This document shows, one piece after another, positions 16,917 to 26,543 of a stretch of DNA of 64,000 nt. The stretch comes from a virus. Positions within the stretch are counted from its first letter, which is position 1, and each line of letters opens with the position of its first letter. The DNA lies in the IMG/VR virus record IMGVR_UViG_3300042453_004886, positions 32,001-96,000 of that record. The stretch is one strand, 5' to 3'. The notes below the pieces were generated by a model. That model was not told where the DNA came from, ran no database searches, and saw only the letters and a program-made list of their open reading frames with translations. Position numbers and translations under genes: made by a program.

Positions 16917-19900
16917 TTATTGTAACTCTTTTAATATGTTAGGTATATAGTTTATATTTTCGTTACCAGAGGTTGTACCTAACTGATTAACGGCTCTTTT
17001 ATCTGCTTCTACAGAAAATTGTCTATACTCTAGCTTAGTACCTTGAGATAATGCTGCTTCTAGAGCACCTGATATTTGAGAGTGATACCCTCTTACAGCA
17101 ATTAATCCAGCTTGTACTGGGTCTGCTTTCTTTTGATTAACAAGATCTATAAGTTTTAAATCAGAAGTAGAATAGTTATTTGTAATTATATTGTAAAGTA
17201 TTTTTGCACTAAGTATAGTATAGTATTTTACTGGTCTAGGTATTTTAGACGGTTTATTAGTTAATGGGTGATTTAGTAATTTGTAGTAGTTTGTGTAAGC
17301 TTCGTGATCAAGTTCATCAGCAACGGCAACACTTAAAGCCAACTGACTGTGCGTATTTAAAAGAACTTGGCTAATTCCAGATGCACCTGTATTAAAAGAG
17401 CTTGTTGAACTATTCCAAACAAGTTTTTGATCGTTTGTATAGCCTTGACCATCGTTTGCTAGTATGTACGGATTTAAACCAATACTTTCATGAGCTAACA
17501 TTGCAAGAAAAGTTTGAAGCGGAACCATAAGTCTAGCTGTTTCATTACTACCAAAAGCTTTATTGTAAGCATCAGCTATGTAGTAAGTTAGAGTTTTTGC
17601 ATCATCCATTGTGTACTTCATCTCTGTAAAACTACTTAAATAAGCATAAACCGCATCATCCATTGTTTCAGCAAACTCTACTGCAGTCTTAGCTGAATAT
17701 ATACCGGAGTAGGCTTTTTCTACAGCGGTGTATTCTGCTTTTGTTAATAATCTTTTATCATTACCTGCAAGATTACCCTTTTCGTCAAATCTAATTTCAT
17801 CTACTTTTCTTTGCTTTCTACTCGGGTTTTCTAATCTATCTTTTAAATACCTAGCATCTGCTTCAGTTAAAACTAATTGAAACCTACCTGTGATACCGTT
17901 ATAATAAAATTTATTTGATTCTACATCAAATTCAGCTGCATCGAGCATTTTTTTACGTGATTTAGATAATGGTGCAGCAGGCCTTACTTTTTCTGCGGGC
18001 TCTCTAAACTGAGGAAGTTCAAGGTCTATATCAGCAGGTAAAACAGTTTTGGACAGTTTATTTACAAAGTATTCCATGGATGCAATTAAAATTTTAATTT
18101 CGTCTATTATTGATATAGATTTGGTACCAACTGCAGGAACAGTCATGTTTCTTTCTGGAATAGTATACCTACTGTTAGCTTTAACTAGTTCAAATTTAGA
18201 TTTAGTGGTATGAGTTGAAGTAACTTTAGATAGATCTTTAACATCATCACGTGATGATCTATAAGGGCCGGGAGGAGTATTAAAATAAATAGCTTGATGT
18301 GCTTTACTAATCTCTAAAAATGCGGTTTCAAAGTACCTAATAGGTCTTTGAGCAAGCTGAAATAAACCATGTGGATACTCAGTAATACTTACAGCTCCAA
18401 AGAAAACTTTACCGGTGTTATTAAGATAGTTATCAGTAATAAACCTTGAATCTTGAATATTTGAATCTGGATTGTAGACGCTTAAAAGATAGTTAAGAAA
18501 CTCCTGTAAATTGTTTTCGCTAGGAATTACTTCATTCTCTAGTATTTCCTTTTCCCCTGTTTCTGAGTTAGTTTTGGTGTAGTAGTAAAATACAGGTGCT
18601 TTGAAATTGAAGTTATCTTTAACTTTATTGAAAGTTACAAGTAAATGCCAAGGCTTAAAATTAGGTATATCAGGAGCGAGTTTGATCTTTTTTACAAGCG
18701 CGTTTACATCTTTTTCTGAACCGTAAGATTTGGTAGCAAGCTGAACAGCCCAAGATTGAGAAGTTCTATAGTTTGTAGTAGGCCTAGATTTGCTTGAAGA
18801 AGAAGAACTGCCAGAACTTGCAGACGTAGCGCTACCACCACCTCCTGATTTTGGTGTAAATAAAGTATCTTTTGGTAGGTTGCCTGTGGTTGAACCAACT
18901 ACAAAGTCCCCATCTAGGACTTCTAGCATATACGTTACTGCATCTATTAAAAGTCCTACCTCTTCGTATAAAGACAGGTAGTTTTTAGTTTTTGGTGAGT
19001 TAAAATAGCTAAACTGCCAGTTGTTCTCTGTATGTTTTTCTTCATGCTTAATAGTTTTTATGTTTATTGTTCCCTTTAAATTTACTGTTGTGGTTCCGTA
19101 GTAGTTTTCTTGAGTACCTGATCTTTCCGAGGATACATACCTACTAGCCGATTTGTACAGGTAAAAAGCATTTGGCGTCTCCGGGGTTCCCCTAGCATAG
19201 CGCTCAAAAATAGTTCCTAAATATGGGCCTTCTTTAGCTGAAATCCTATCTGATTTCATTGTTAGTTTAGTGCTTGAACTACTTGGCCTACTTACATCAT
19301 ACCTGTCAGGAGAAAAATTAGATCTATCGGATAGATACGCGGTTAAAAACCATTCCAAATCTTTACGAGTCGGAACAACTTCTGTAAAGGTTAGATCATC
19401 CCGACGGTCGGAATCATTGTAAGATAAACTATAGTAAAATTTTCCGTATCTGAGGTCTATACTGCCGTCTTTATTAGTATGTGGTTTAAATATAATTTTT
19501 GGTAAATGCGGATACGATGTTTTATTGCTAGTGCTAACTAAGGTACTAAGACCAGGTATACCGGTTGAAGTTTTTAACATATTAATAAAAGCAGTTACAA
19601 CACGGTTATTTTCAGGAAAGTACTTTGGATCTCTTAGCTGCTCATATACCCCTGGATAACTTTTTGCAGAAGCTGTTCTACCTGCAGCTTGTGCTGCCTT
19701 TTCAACTTTACCCTGAGGATTACCGTTACTTGGAACAGCTCTTCCCGGCCTTCTTGCCGCAGGTCTTGCAGGAGCAGGTTTTTTTCTTTTCTTTGTTGTT
19801 GTGCCGGCTGCTTTTTTACCAGATTTTTCTTTTTTGGATTCCCCAGAACCTGCAGCACCAGAACCAGATTTACCTTTTGAAGCTTGCGCGACTTTAGTCG

Positions 19901-22900
19901 ATGGTTCTTTTCCAGAAGGAGCTTTTTCTGAGTTTAATCCAGATATTTTGTATTTATCATCAAATTTGTGGTCTGTTACTCTAAATACAATTTTGTACCA
20001 AACCCTGTCGTCTCTTTGAATAAATCTTTCAAAGCTTATAATAAATCCGTTGACTTTGATATTTATTCCATCTTCAGGGTACTCTGGAGACTCTACAGGA
20101 GCTTGTCCTTGAGATCTAAGAGTAAGCGTGCAGATGTTTCCAGCAGTCTGCAGTTTTCTGATAATGATGGATTCTTGATACGCCCTGAAATACTGGTATG
20201 TAGTGCCGTCATAGGGATCTTTGTTTCTGTAGTCGTTAAACGGGTCTCTGACAAATTTGGCACCCTTTGCTCCCTGAGCTTGTCCGGTTGTGTATCCAGG
20301 TTGATACTCGCCCAAGAACGAGCCTACAAACTCGATAACTTCATCGCTGACACCCATGGCCTGATAAACAGGTGTAGAGCCAGGGATATTAATCTTTGCT
20401 ATGTTCAGGTTTGTCCTGAACACGACACCATGATCCGCGCCAGGAGCTTGCATGCCCTGAGAAGGACTTGCAGACCGAACAGCAGGCATCATTTCAAAGT
20501 TGTAAGTTGTTCCACCAGATTTAATTGTGAACTCTGGATCAAGAATAAGAGTACTTGTGTAATTCTTTTTAACAGATAAGTTAGTACCATCTCTGTATTC
20601 TTTTATCTTTGAAATAAGCTGCTTGTAATTTTTTGAGTTTCTTCCAACTATAAAATTGGTTCTATCCAGCAGTCTTTCATAGGCGTTTACTACTCTAAGG
20701 GGTAACTTAGGTAGCTTGGGCAGGGGTTTTCCAGATACTGTATTTGTGTATCCAAATAACTGAGCCTGCAAGACGTCTTCAAGTTTTAAATTAGCTACCT
20801 CTGTCGGGTTATCGGAAGCAAGTATGTAACTACTTGTTCCAAGTTTTGTTTTTTCTTCCTTGCTATTTACTGTTTTAATAAGAGAAATACTGTGTATAGA
20901 TAAGATAGCATCTTTATCTAATCCAGTCTTGAATCCAAGATAAAACTTGTAAGGTCCATCTCCTAATACGTTTTCTTTCAAGTTGGTATTTGAGGAAACT
21001 TTTAACGACCGTGATTGAACAGGATTTCTAGTATTCATTCCTCCGTTTATAATTCCTGATAAAATCTCAAAATCATTGGTTCCATTTGTGTAGTATACGC
21101 AAAGATTGAAGTCACTGTATGATTTACCTTTGTCTAGAGAAAACTCTACGGTGTAATTTGCTTCCTCCCCGGCTTCGCTGAATATGATTTTGTTATCTGG
21201 AGTAACTGTAGCAGGAATTTCAAAAAGTCTGGCCCTGAGCTCTAAGCCGTCTTTACCCTGAATATTTTCGTTAAATCCTTCAGTATGTATGTCTAAAGTC
21301 TTACCACTGTTATCGATTACTACATTGACATCTTTCTTTTTTGTAGCTAAATCAAATGTCTGGAAATCAGCTGCCGCTTCAGTTTCAATTTTGTAGTCTG
21401 AGTACCACATTTGAAGAGGTTTTAGGCCTACCTCTTTTAGCTCAAAGTAGGATATAGCAGAGTTTAATTTATTAGCAGATTCTAGTATGCTTGAAAGTAC
21501 ACTATCAGTTTTTTGGTTTAAAAAGAAGTCTGAAATTTGATCTGGACTTACAAAGCTAGCTTGTCTTTCAGCCAGTGTTTTTTTGTAAAAATCATTGTCT
21601 AGAGTAAAATCTTCAAGCTCAAAATTAATCTCTACATCAAAATTGCCATGATCGTTGTTTAACTTAAAAGTGTTAAACTCAAAACTTATAACTTTATTTG
21701 TATTTAATCTACCTACAAATCCAGCCGGAACCTCAATTCCTTTTACAGGATCTACTTCTAGAGCTTCTTTTGCTTGAGTTTGTGTATTGAGTCCAAAAGC
21801 TGATATAACTGAGTCTGATACAATGTATGTTTTTGATGTATTACCAATGTAGTCAACTATAGCTATTTTTGGTCTAATATAAAAATTAGTTAAAGAACTT
21901 AGACTTACCTGTACAGATCCGTATAGAAATCTATTTTTATTAACTCCAGAGTAACTTCCTTTATTTGGTGAAGCTAAATTATTAGACTTGAAAGACAGGT
22001 GTTTTACTTTTCCAGATACTACGTTATCTACATCACCTTTAAACACTGATGTATATATTTTACTTCTTGGATTAGAATTATAAACAGGAACAGTTATTTG
22101 TTGATCATCTGCATAGTAAATATCCTCATTAAGCCCAAAACTAATAAAGTTTGGACCTGAAGAGCTAGAAAACTTTGTTACTATTACATTTGACGAATAA
22201 TCACCATTTTTATCTAGTTTGTCAGATACTTCTCTATACTCTGACTTTAGTGAAATTTTAAATACTACATAGGAAAGGTCACTTGTAGACTTGTTAGGGT
22301 CAAATATTTTTACACCTCCACCAGGTGTAGGTTTAATGACCATGTCTAAGTAGTAAAATTTCGGTTCAACAGGTCCAGGTACATCTCTAAAAACATCTTG
22401 TATTTTTATAGATTTTTCGGAGTTTACAAGAAGTACGTCTTGAAGTGTTGTATCTCCGGGTACGGTTGAAGGTTTGTCTTTTCCTAGCTGACCATTAACA
22501 AAAAAAGTTCTATTTTTTATATTTATTTGAAAATCTTCAATGTAGGTGTATTCCCCTGAAGTATTTGGAGTAACTGAAGGTAAAACATTCCCAATTTCAT
22601 CATAAGGAACACTGGCAATAAACATGGATGCATACGGGTTTTTATCGTAGATATACTTGTGTCTTTGAACTTCATAAGGAATAGATAATTTAAGTTCTTT
22701 TCCTGTGGATAGCAAATACAGCTGTTCTTTAGAAACCCTGAGGTGTACTTCATTCTCAGATACCGTTGCTACAGCAGCATTAATATCAAGATCCTTGATT
22801 ACACCCTTAAAGTCAGGAAGTAAAAACTCTATCTTCTGCTCAACTTTATGCGTGTAGCTAACAACCTTTGAATCAAGCTTTTTGCTTATAAAATCATTGA

Positions 22901-25900
22901 TTCCCTTAAACTGATCGTTAGCCCCTGAAGCTCCCAGATAACTCAGCAACGACTCTGAAGTTATTGAATCCAAGTAGTTTTCAAGGTTTTTGGAAGACTT
23001 GTAGTTTTGAATGGCAGCGTCCTTTACTCCGAGTTTTTTAAGTTCATCAACAGTTTTTTGAGTTTGCATTTGAATTTGGTCAGGGTTTTTCTGTGCAACT
23101 TTTATATCTGTAGCATTTGCTAGTAAGCTCTTAAACACGTAGGGTAGGTCATCTACGCTTTCAGCCTCACTTGCGTAAGACATCTCTCCAACTTGATTTG
23201 TATCAAATAGAGGAACGTTCGCACCGTTTGCATTATTAAATATGAATCCTAAGCCAGATATCTCGTCAGGTATTCTTTCTTTTGGTATAGCGTTTGGGTT
23301 AAACTCAACCTTTATATCAAGTGCTTTAAACACAGCAGGTTTGTTGTAAATAAACTCATTAAGAGGTCTTGTTGCAGTTGAAGGTTGAACAGCAGCTGCA
23401 TTTGTCTGAGGACTGCTTGCCGGAGTAGCACTGTTGTCTAAACCTGGCTTGCTCTCCAGGTTTGCTGCATCTTTTGCATCGTTAACGGGCTTGGTCTCGT
23501 TTTTTTCCAGACTACTTAAAATAGCAGGACTTATGTAGTCATTGTAAACTTTAGATACAGCAGCTTGAACAACAGGATCATCTTTAAACACACTTCCCGT
23601 CACCTGAGGAAGGGTGTCTTTGATAAACGTATCCCAGATCTGGGCAGCCGCTTTCCCGTCCTTTACAAAGGTATCTCCAACTGCCTTTCTCAGAGCATCT
23701 TGAAGCGTAACTGCCATACCTGCATCTGCACCCATGGCAGTGGCTGCAGCTGCAGCCACTGCGCCTAAAAGGCTTGCAGAAGCTCTTGGATTGGCCTGCG
23801 GATTAAACACAGGCACAAACCCATCCATGCCAAATACACCCGACTTTACGGCGCTTACAGCGTTATCCAAGAAAGACCCGTTCAGGTAGCTCATGGGATT
23901 CTTGGGATCATTAACAGCCCCAGCAACGCCTGCAGGACCGTTGACAATGAGATCGCTTAGCATTGAAAGGGCGCTGCGAGGTTTATCTGAAACCGATGCA
24001 TTTGGAGGAGCTGCCACACCAGGAGGCTCAATAGCTGTTGCGGAACCTGCAGGTATATAATTTTTTGGAGTATTTGTAAGAACAAATGATGGACTAACTG
24101 GATCAAAAACGGATTTGGGATCAATGCTTGGATTAACTACTTGCGGGGGTTGAATGGGATTTTGAGCAGAACTTGAATCTGTAATAGAAGGCGGGTCTAT
24201 GTTTCTGATTTCATCAGTGTCTACAACTTGCTGATTTATTTCAGAAGCCCTTTTATCAGAAATAATATTATATATTGCTCTAGCTATGCCTGTAAGCATT
24301 TCGGTGCTTAAGCTTGACGTTGGAACGGGATTATTAATAGTACTAACCGCGTACAGAGCGTCTGTAGCAAGCATTCTTTCAAGCGTGTAAAGATTTACAA
24401 GTGTATCTTCAGATGTAAAGTTAGAAATTATAATTGGATATCTAGTGTTAATACTTTGAATAGACTTCTGTTCGTCTGGGCTAAGAGAGTTATACAAATT
24501 TAGCAAAGCTTTGAAATTTAGTAGATTTTTAGTTTGTTCAAAAAGCTCTGCGTTTGCAGCTTTTACTGCAAGTTTGTAGGTTTTTACATGTTGCGGGTTT
24601 AATGTGATTGCTCTATTTTTTCTCTGCTCTTGCTGAGTTCTTGCACTGTGTAGAGCATTGATTTTTTTAGAAAGTTCTCCAGTATTTTTAAGCTGTAGGC
24701 CTATATCCTCAGTTTCAAGTTTCATATCTTTACCGTACATACCAATAACGTTGGATGTAACGGTAGCGGCCTTTGCCTGATCAATTTGATGGTTCATGTC
24801 TTCAAAGACATCAAACGCACCAACAAACTTTGGTGATGGCCTTTCACTGAATAAAGCTATCTTGATATCTTTTGCTACTTCTAATTCTGAATTAACTTCT
24901 CCAATAATGACATCGTCAGCTGTTCTTATCTGAGAGTGCGAGGAGAATGTTCTGTCTATAAAACCAAACTCATCAATGCCTGACGTCATAACCTTTATAA
25001 TGGTTTCAACACCACCAGGTATCGCTTGATTTTGATTGGTTACAGGGTTAAAAAATATGTTTTTAGGTATTTCCTCAAGCGTTACAACTTGAGCGTATTT
25101 ATCTCCAATGTAGCTGTATGTTTCGTTGTAATCGTTGTAAGCAATAATTGCAAAAGTTGTGATTTCGGTTTCAATCTCTGAAAGCTTGAAAGTCGGGTTC
25201 TCATCTGTAGAATCATCACCGTCTTCAATAACTTTTGCAGTCTTGTTGACAATTTCTTTTCCAAGATGAACGACGTTACAAAAAATAAGTGTGTCATCTT
25301 CGTACTTATCTACTTGGTGCAAATACTGACCAAGATCAAACTCTTCAACAGTTCCACGCGGGATAAGTAGAGTAACAGGTGTATCACAGATGTCCCCGAG
25401 ATCAAACGGAACACTAATATAGTTATTAAACCCGTTGGGTTCAAGAGAAGACCCCAAGATGTAAGCTAACTTACCGCTGAAGCTCTCATTGTCTTCTGGA
25501 GGCTCGTCTACCAAAACCAAGACTGTGGAATCATTTGAGCCCAGCCCAAGTGCGTCTGAAGAGCCCAAGATGAGTCTTGGAATATCTACAGCCTCTTCTT
25601 CTCGATCTGTAACCATGGGGTCTACAAACTGCTTCATGTACTCAGATACAACAATTGGAGCGGAATCAAACGGGTTAGGGTAGTCTGCTGGTACTTCCAT
25701 GGCGTAATCAAAATTGGTAAAACCCCAGGTAGCCAAAAGAGAGCTAATATCTAACTCAAACAAGTTAGAGAGTACAACCATGAAATCCGAGTACTCTTGC
25801 TCAGTGTTTCTGGTAACCTCATTAGATTTATTTAAAAGTGTCTTGTAGCCTGTTTTACACAGGTTCTCAACTTGATGGAACTTACCATAGAAAAGCTCTA

Positions 25901-26543
25901 GCAAGAACCCGTACAGGACATCTGGATCGCCGTCTTCTTCCAAGTCGGCATCAATAAAAGAATCGCCTCTTAAACTCAGTCTACGCTTTCTGTAGCAGCG
26001 AGTAAGCTCTCTGGTGAGCATCTCGTCAAGCGTAAAGGTTTTCTTTGAAAAGCAGGAAGAGCAATAAGAAGACGTGAAGTAAAGACTGTACGTACCAATA
26101 AAACGTTTTAAACCAACGCCAAGTTCAAGGCTTAAAAAGGTTTCACTCTTAGATTCTGCTTCCAAAGCATCTTCTCTTTGGTAGTGCAGAGCAGCATCTC
26201 CAATTGCCTCAAAAAACTCAAAAACAAGAGGATGGTTTTGAAAAGCATTCTGATAAAATTCCGAGAAGTCAGAATTAATCTTAATAACGCCCTCAGAAGG
26301 GCTCCAAACAGCAATGCTTTCACCGATCTCTGTATCAAGTTCAGGATCTACTTCTCTGAATACAAGTTTAGTTCTTATAAGATCTGGGTGAGAGCCCGGG
26401 AAAAACCCCGTGATTTTTTCAAGGTTTTTGGCAACAGATGACCAAAAATCTATAAAATTTCTATTACTAAGGATGTTATCCTCTGTCTCTTGAGAAAACT
26501 CAAAAGATACGACCTCGGTTGTATTTTTTAGTTCAGTTTCCAT
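16917..26543 (-). CDS. 3208-aa multidomain tail protein with C-terminal lytic transglycosylase-like domain
   Basis: AMLAHES...GASGISQV...AVRGYH...NYIPNIL fits the SLT fold; central tube-initiator-like segment (IAKINIPGSTPVYQAMG...EFVGSF). Confidence 0.65.
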   Translation of the reverse strand: METELKNTTEVVSFEFSQETEDNILSNRNFIDFWSSVAKNLEKITGFFPGSHPDLIRTKLVFREVDPELDTEIGESIAVWSPSEGVIKINSDFSEFYQNAFQNHPLVFEFFEAIGDAALHYQREDALEAESKSETFLSLELGVGLKRFIGTYSLYFTSSYCSSCFSKKTFTLDEMLTRELTRCYRKRRLSLRGDSFIDADLEEDGDPDVLYGFLLELFYGKFHQVENLCKTGYKTLLNKSNEVTRNTEQEYSDFMVVLSNLFELDISSLLATWGFTNFDYAMEVPADYPNPFDSAPIVVSEYMKQFVDPMVTDREEEAVDIPRLILGSSDALGLGSNDSTVLVLVDEPPEDNESFSGKLAYILGSSLEPNGFNNYISVPFDLGDICDTPVTLLIPRGTVEEFDLGQYLHQVDKYEDDTLIFCNVVHLGKEIVNKTAKVIEDGDDSTDENPTFKLSEIETEITTFAIIAYNDYNETYSYIGDKYAQVVTLEEIPKNIFFNPVTNQNQAIPGGVETIIKVMTSGIDEFGFIDRTFSSHSQIRTADDVIIGEVNSELEVAKDIKIALFSERPSPKFVGAFDVFEDMNHQIDQAKAATVTSNVIGMYGKDMKLETEDIGLQLKNTGELSKKINALHSARTQQEQRKNRAITLNPQHVKTYKLAVKAANAELFEQTKNLLNFKALLNLYNSLSPDEQKSIQSINTRYPIIISNFTSEDTLVNLYTLERMLATDALYAVSTINNPVPTSSLSTEMLTGIARAIYNIISDKRASEINQQVVDTDEIRNIDPPSITDSSSAQNPIQPPQVVNPSIDPKSVFDPVSPSFVLTNTPKNYIPAGSATAIEPPGVAAPPNASVSDKPRSALSMLSDLIVNGPAGVAGAVNDPKNPMSYLNGSFLDNAVSAVKSGVFGMDGFVPVFNPQANPRASASLLGAVAAAAATAMGADAGMAVTLQDALRKAVGDTFVKDGKAAAQIWDTFIKDTLPQVTGSVFKDDPVVQAAVSKVYNDYISPAILSSLEKNETKPVNDAKDAANLESKPGLDNSATPASSPQTNAAAVQPSTATRPLNEFIYNKPAVFKALDIKVEFNPNAIPKERIPDEISGLGFIFNNANGANVPLFDTNQVGEMSYASEAESVDDLPYVFKSLLANATDIKVAQKNPDQIQMQTQKTVDELKKLGVKDAAIQNYKSSKNLENYLDSITSESLLSYLGASGANDQFKGINDFISKKLDSKVVSYTHKVEQKIEFLLPDFKGVIKDLDINAAVATVSENEVHLRVSKEQLYLLSTGKELKLSIPYEVQRHKYIYDKNPYASMFIASVPYDEIGNVLPSVTPNTSGEYTYIEDFQINIKNRTFFVNGQLGKDKPSTVPGDTTLQDVLLVNSEKSIKIQDVFRDVPGPVEPKFYYLDMVIKPTPGGGVKIFDPNKSTSDLSYVVFKISLKSEYREVSDKLDKNGDYSSNVIVTKFSSSSGPNFISFGLNEDIYYADDQQITVPVYNSNPRSKIYTSVFKGDVDNVVSGKVKHLSFKSNNLASPNKGSYSGVNKNRFLYGSVQVSLSSLTNFYIRPKIAIVDYIGNTSKTYIVSDSVISAFGLNTQTQAKEALEVDPVKGIEVPAGFVGRLNTNKVISFEFNTFKLNNDHGNFDVEINFELEDFTLDNDFYKKTLAERQASFVSPDQISDFFLNQKTDSVLSSILESANKLNSAISYFELKEVGLKPLQMWYSDYKIETEAAADFQTFDLATKKKDVNVVIDNSGKTLDIHTEGFNENIQGKDGLELRARLFEIPATVTPDNKIIFSEAGEEANYTVEFSLDKGKSYSDFNLCVYYTNGTNDFEILSGIINGGMNTRNPVQSRSLKVSSNTNLKENVLGDGPYKFYLGFKTGLDKDAILSIHSISLIKTVNSKEEKTKLGTSSYILASDNPTEVANLKLEDVLQAQLFGYTNTVSGKPLPKLPKLPLRVVNAYERLLDRTNFIVGRNSKNYKQLISKIKEYRDGTNLSVKKNYTSTLILDPEFTIKSGGTTYNFEMMPAVRSASPSQGMQAPGADHGVVFRTNLNIAKINIPGSTPVYQAMGVSDEVIEFVGSFLGEYQPGYTTGQAQGAKGAKFVRDPFNDYRNKDPYDGTTYQYFRAYQESIIIRKLQTAGNICTLTLRSQGQAPVESPEYPEDGINIKVNGFIISFERFIQRDDRVWYKIVFRVTDHKFDDKYKISGLNSEKAPSGKEPSTKVAQASKGKSGSGAAGSGESKKEKSGKKAAGTTTKKRKKPAPARPAARRPGRAVPSNGNPQGKVEKAAQAAGRTASAKSYPGVYEQLRDPKYFPENNRVVTAFINMLKTSTGIPGLSTLVSTSNKTSYPHLPKIIFKPHTNKDGSIDLRYGKFYYSLSYNDSDRRDDLTFTEVVPTRKDLEWFLTAYLSDRSNFSPDRYDVSRPSSSSTKLTMKSDRISAKEGPYLGTIFERYARGTPETPNAFYLYKSASRYVSSERSGTQENYYGTTTVNLKGTINIKTIKHEEKHTENNWQFSYFNSPKTKNYLSLYEEVGLLIDAVTYMLEVLDGDFVVGSTTGNLPKDTLFTPKSGGGGSATSASSGSSSSSSKSRPTTNYRTSQSWAVQLATKSYGSEKDVNALVKKIKLAPDIPNFKPWHLLVTFNKVKDNFNFKAPVFYYYTKTNSETGEKEILENEVIPSENNLQEFLNYLLSVYNPDSNIQDSRFITDNYLNNTGKVFFGAVSITEYPHGLFQLAQRPIRYFETAFLEISKAHQAIYFNTPPGPYRSSRDDVKDLSKVTSTHTTKSKFELVKANSRYTIPERNMTVPAVGTKSISIIDEIKILIASMEYFVNKLSKTVLPADIDLELPQFREPAEKVRPAAPLSKSRKKMLDAAEFDVESNKFYYNGITGRFQLVLTEADARYLKDRLENPSRKQRKVDEIRFDEKGNLAGNDKRLLTKAEYTAVEKAYSGIYSAKTAVEFAETMDDAVYAYLSSFTEMKYTMDDAKTLTYYIADAYNKAFGSNETARLMVPLQTFLAMLAHESIGLNPYILANDGQGYTNDQKLVWNSSTSSFNTGASGISQVLLNTHSQLALSVAVADELDHEAYTNYYKLLNHPLTNKPSKIPRPVKYYTILSAKILYNIITNNYSTSDLKLIDLVNQKKADPVQAGLIAVRGYHSQISGALEAALSQGTKLEYRQFSVEADKRAVNQLGTTSGNENINYIPNILKELQ

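Noticed and set aside
25700-26400. Active M60-like peptidase at the N terminus of the 3208-aa protein
   Set aside because: Only the ending DISSLLATWGF resembles the family and there is no HExxH; kept only as a weak fold hint.
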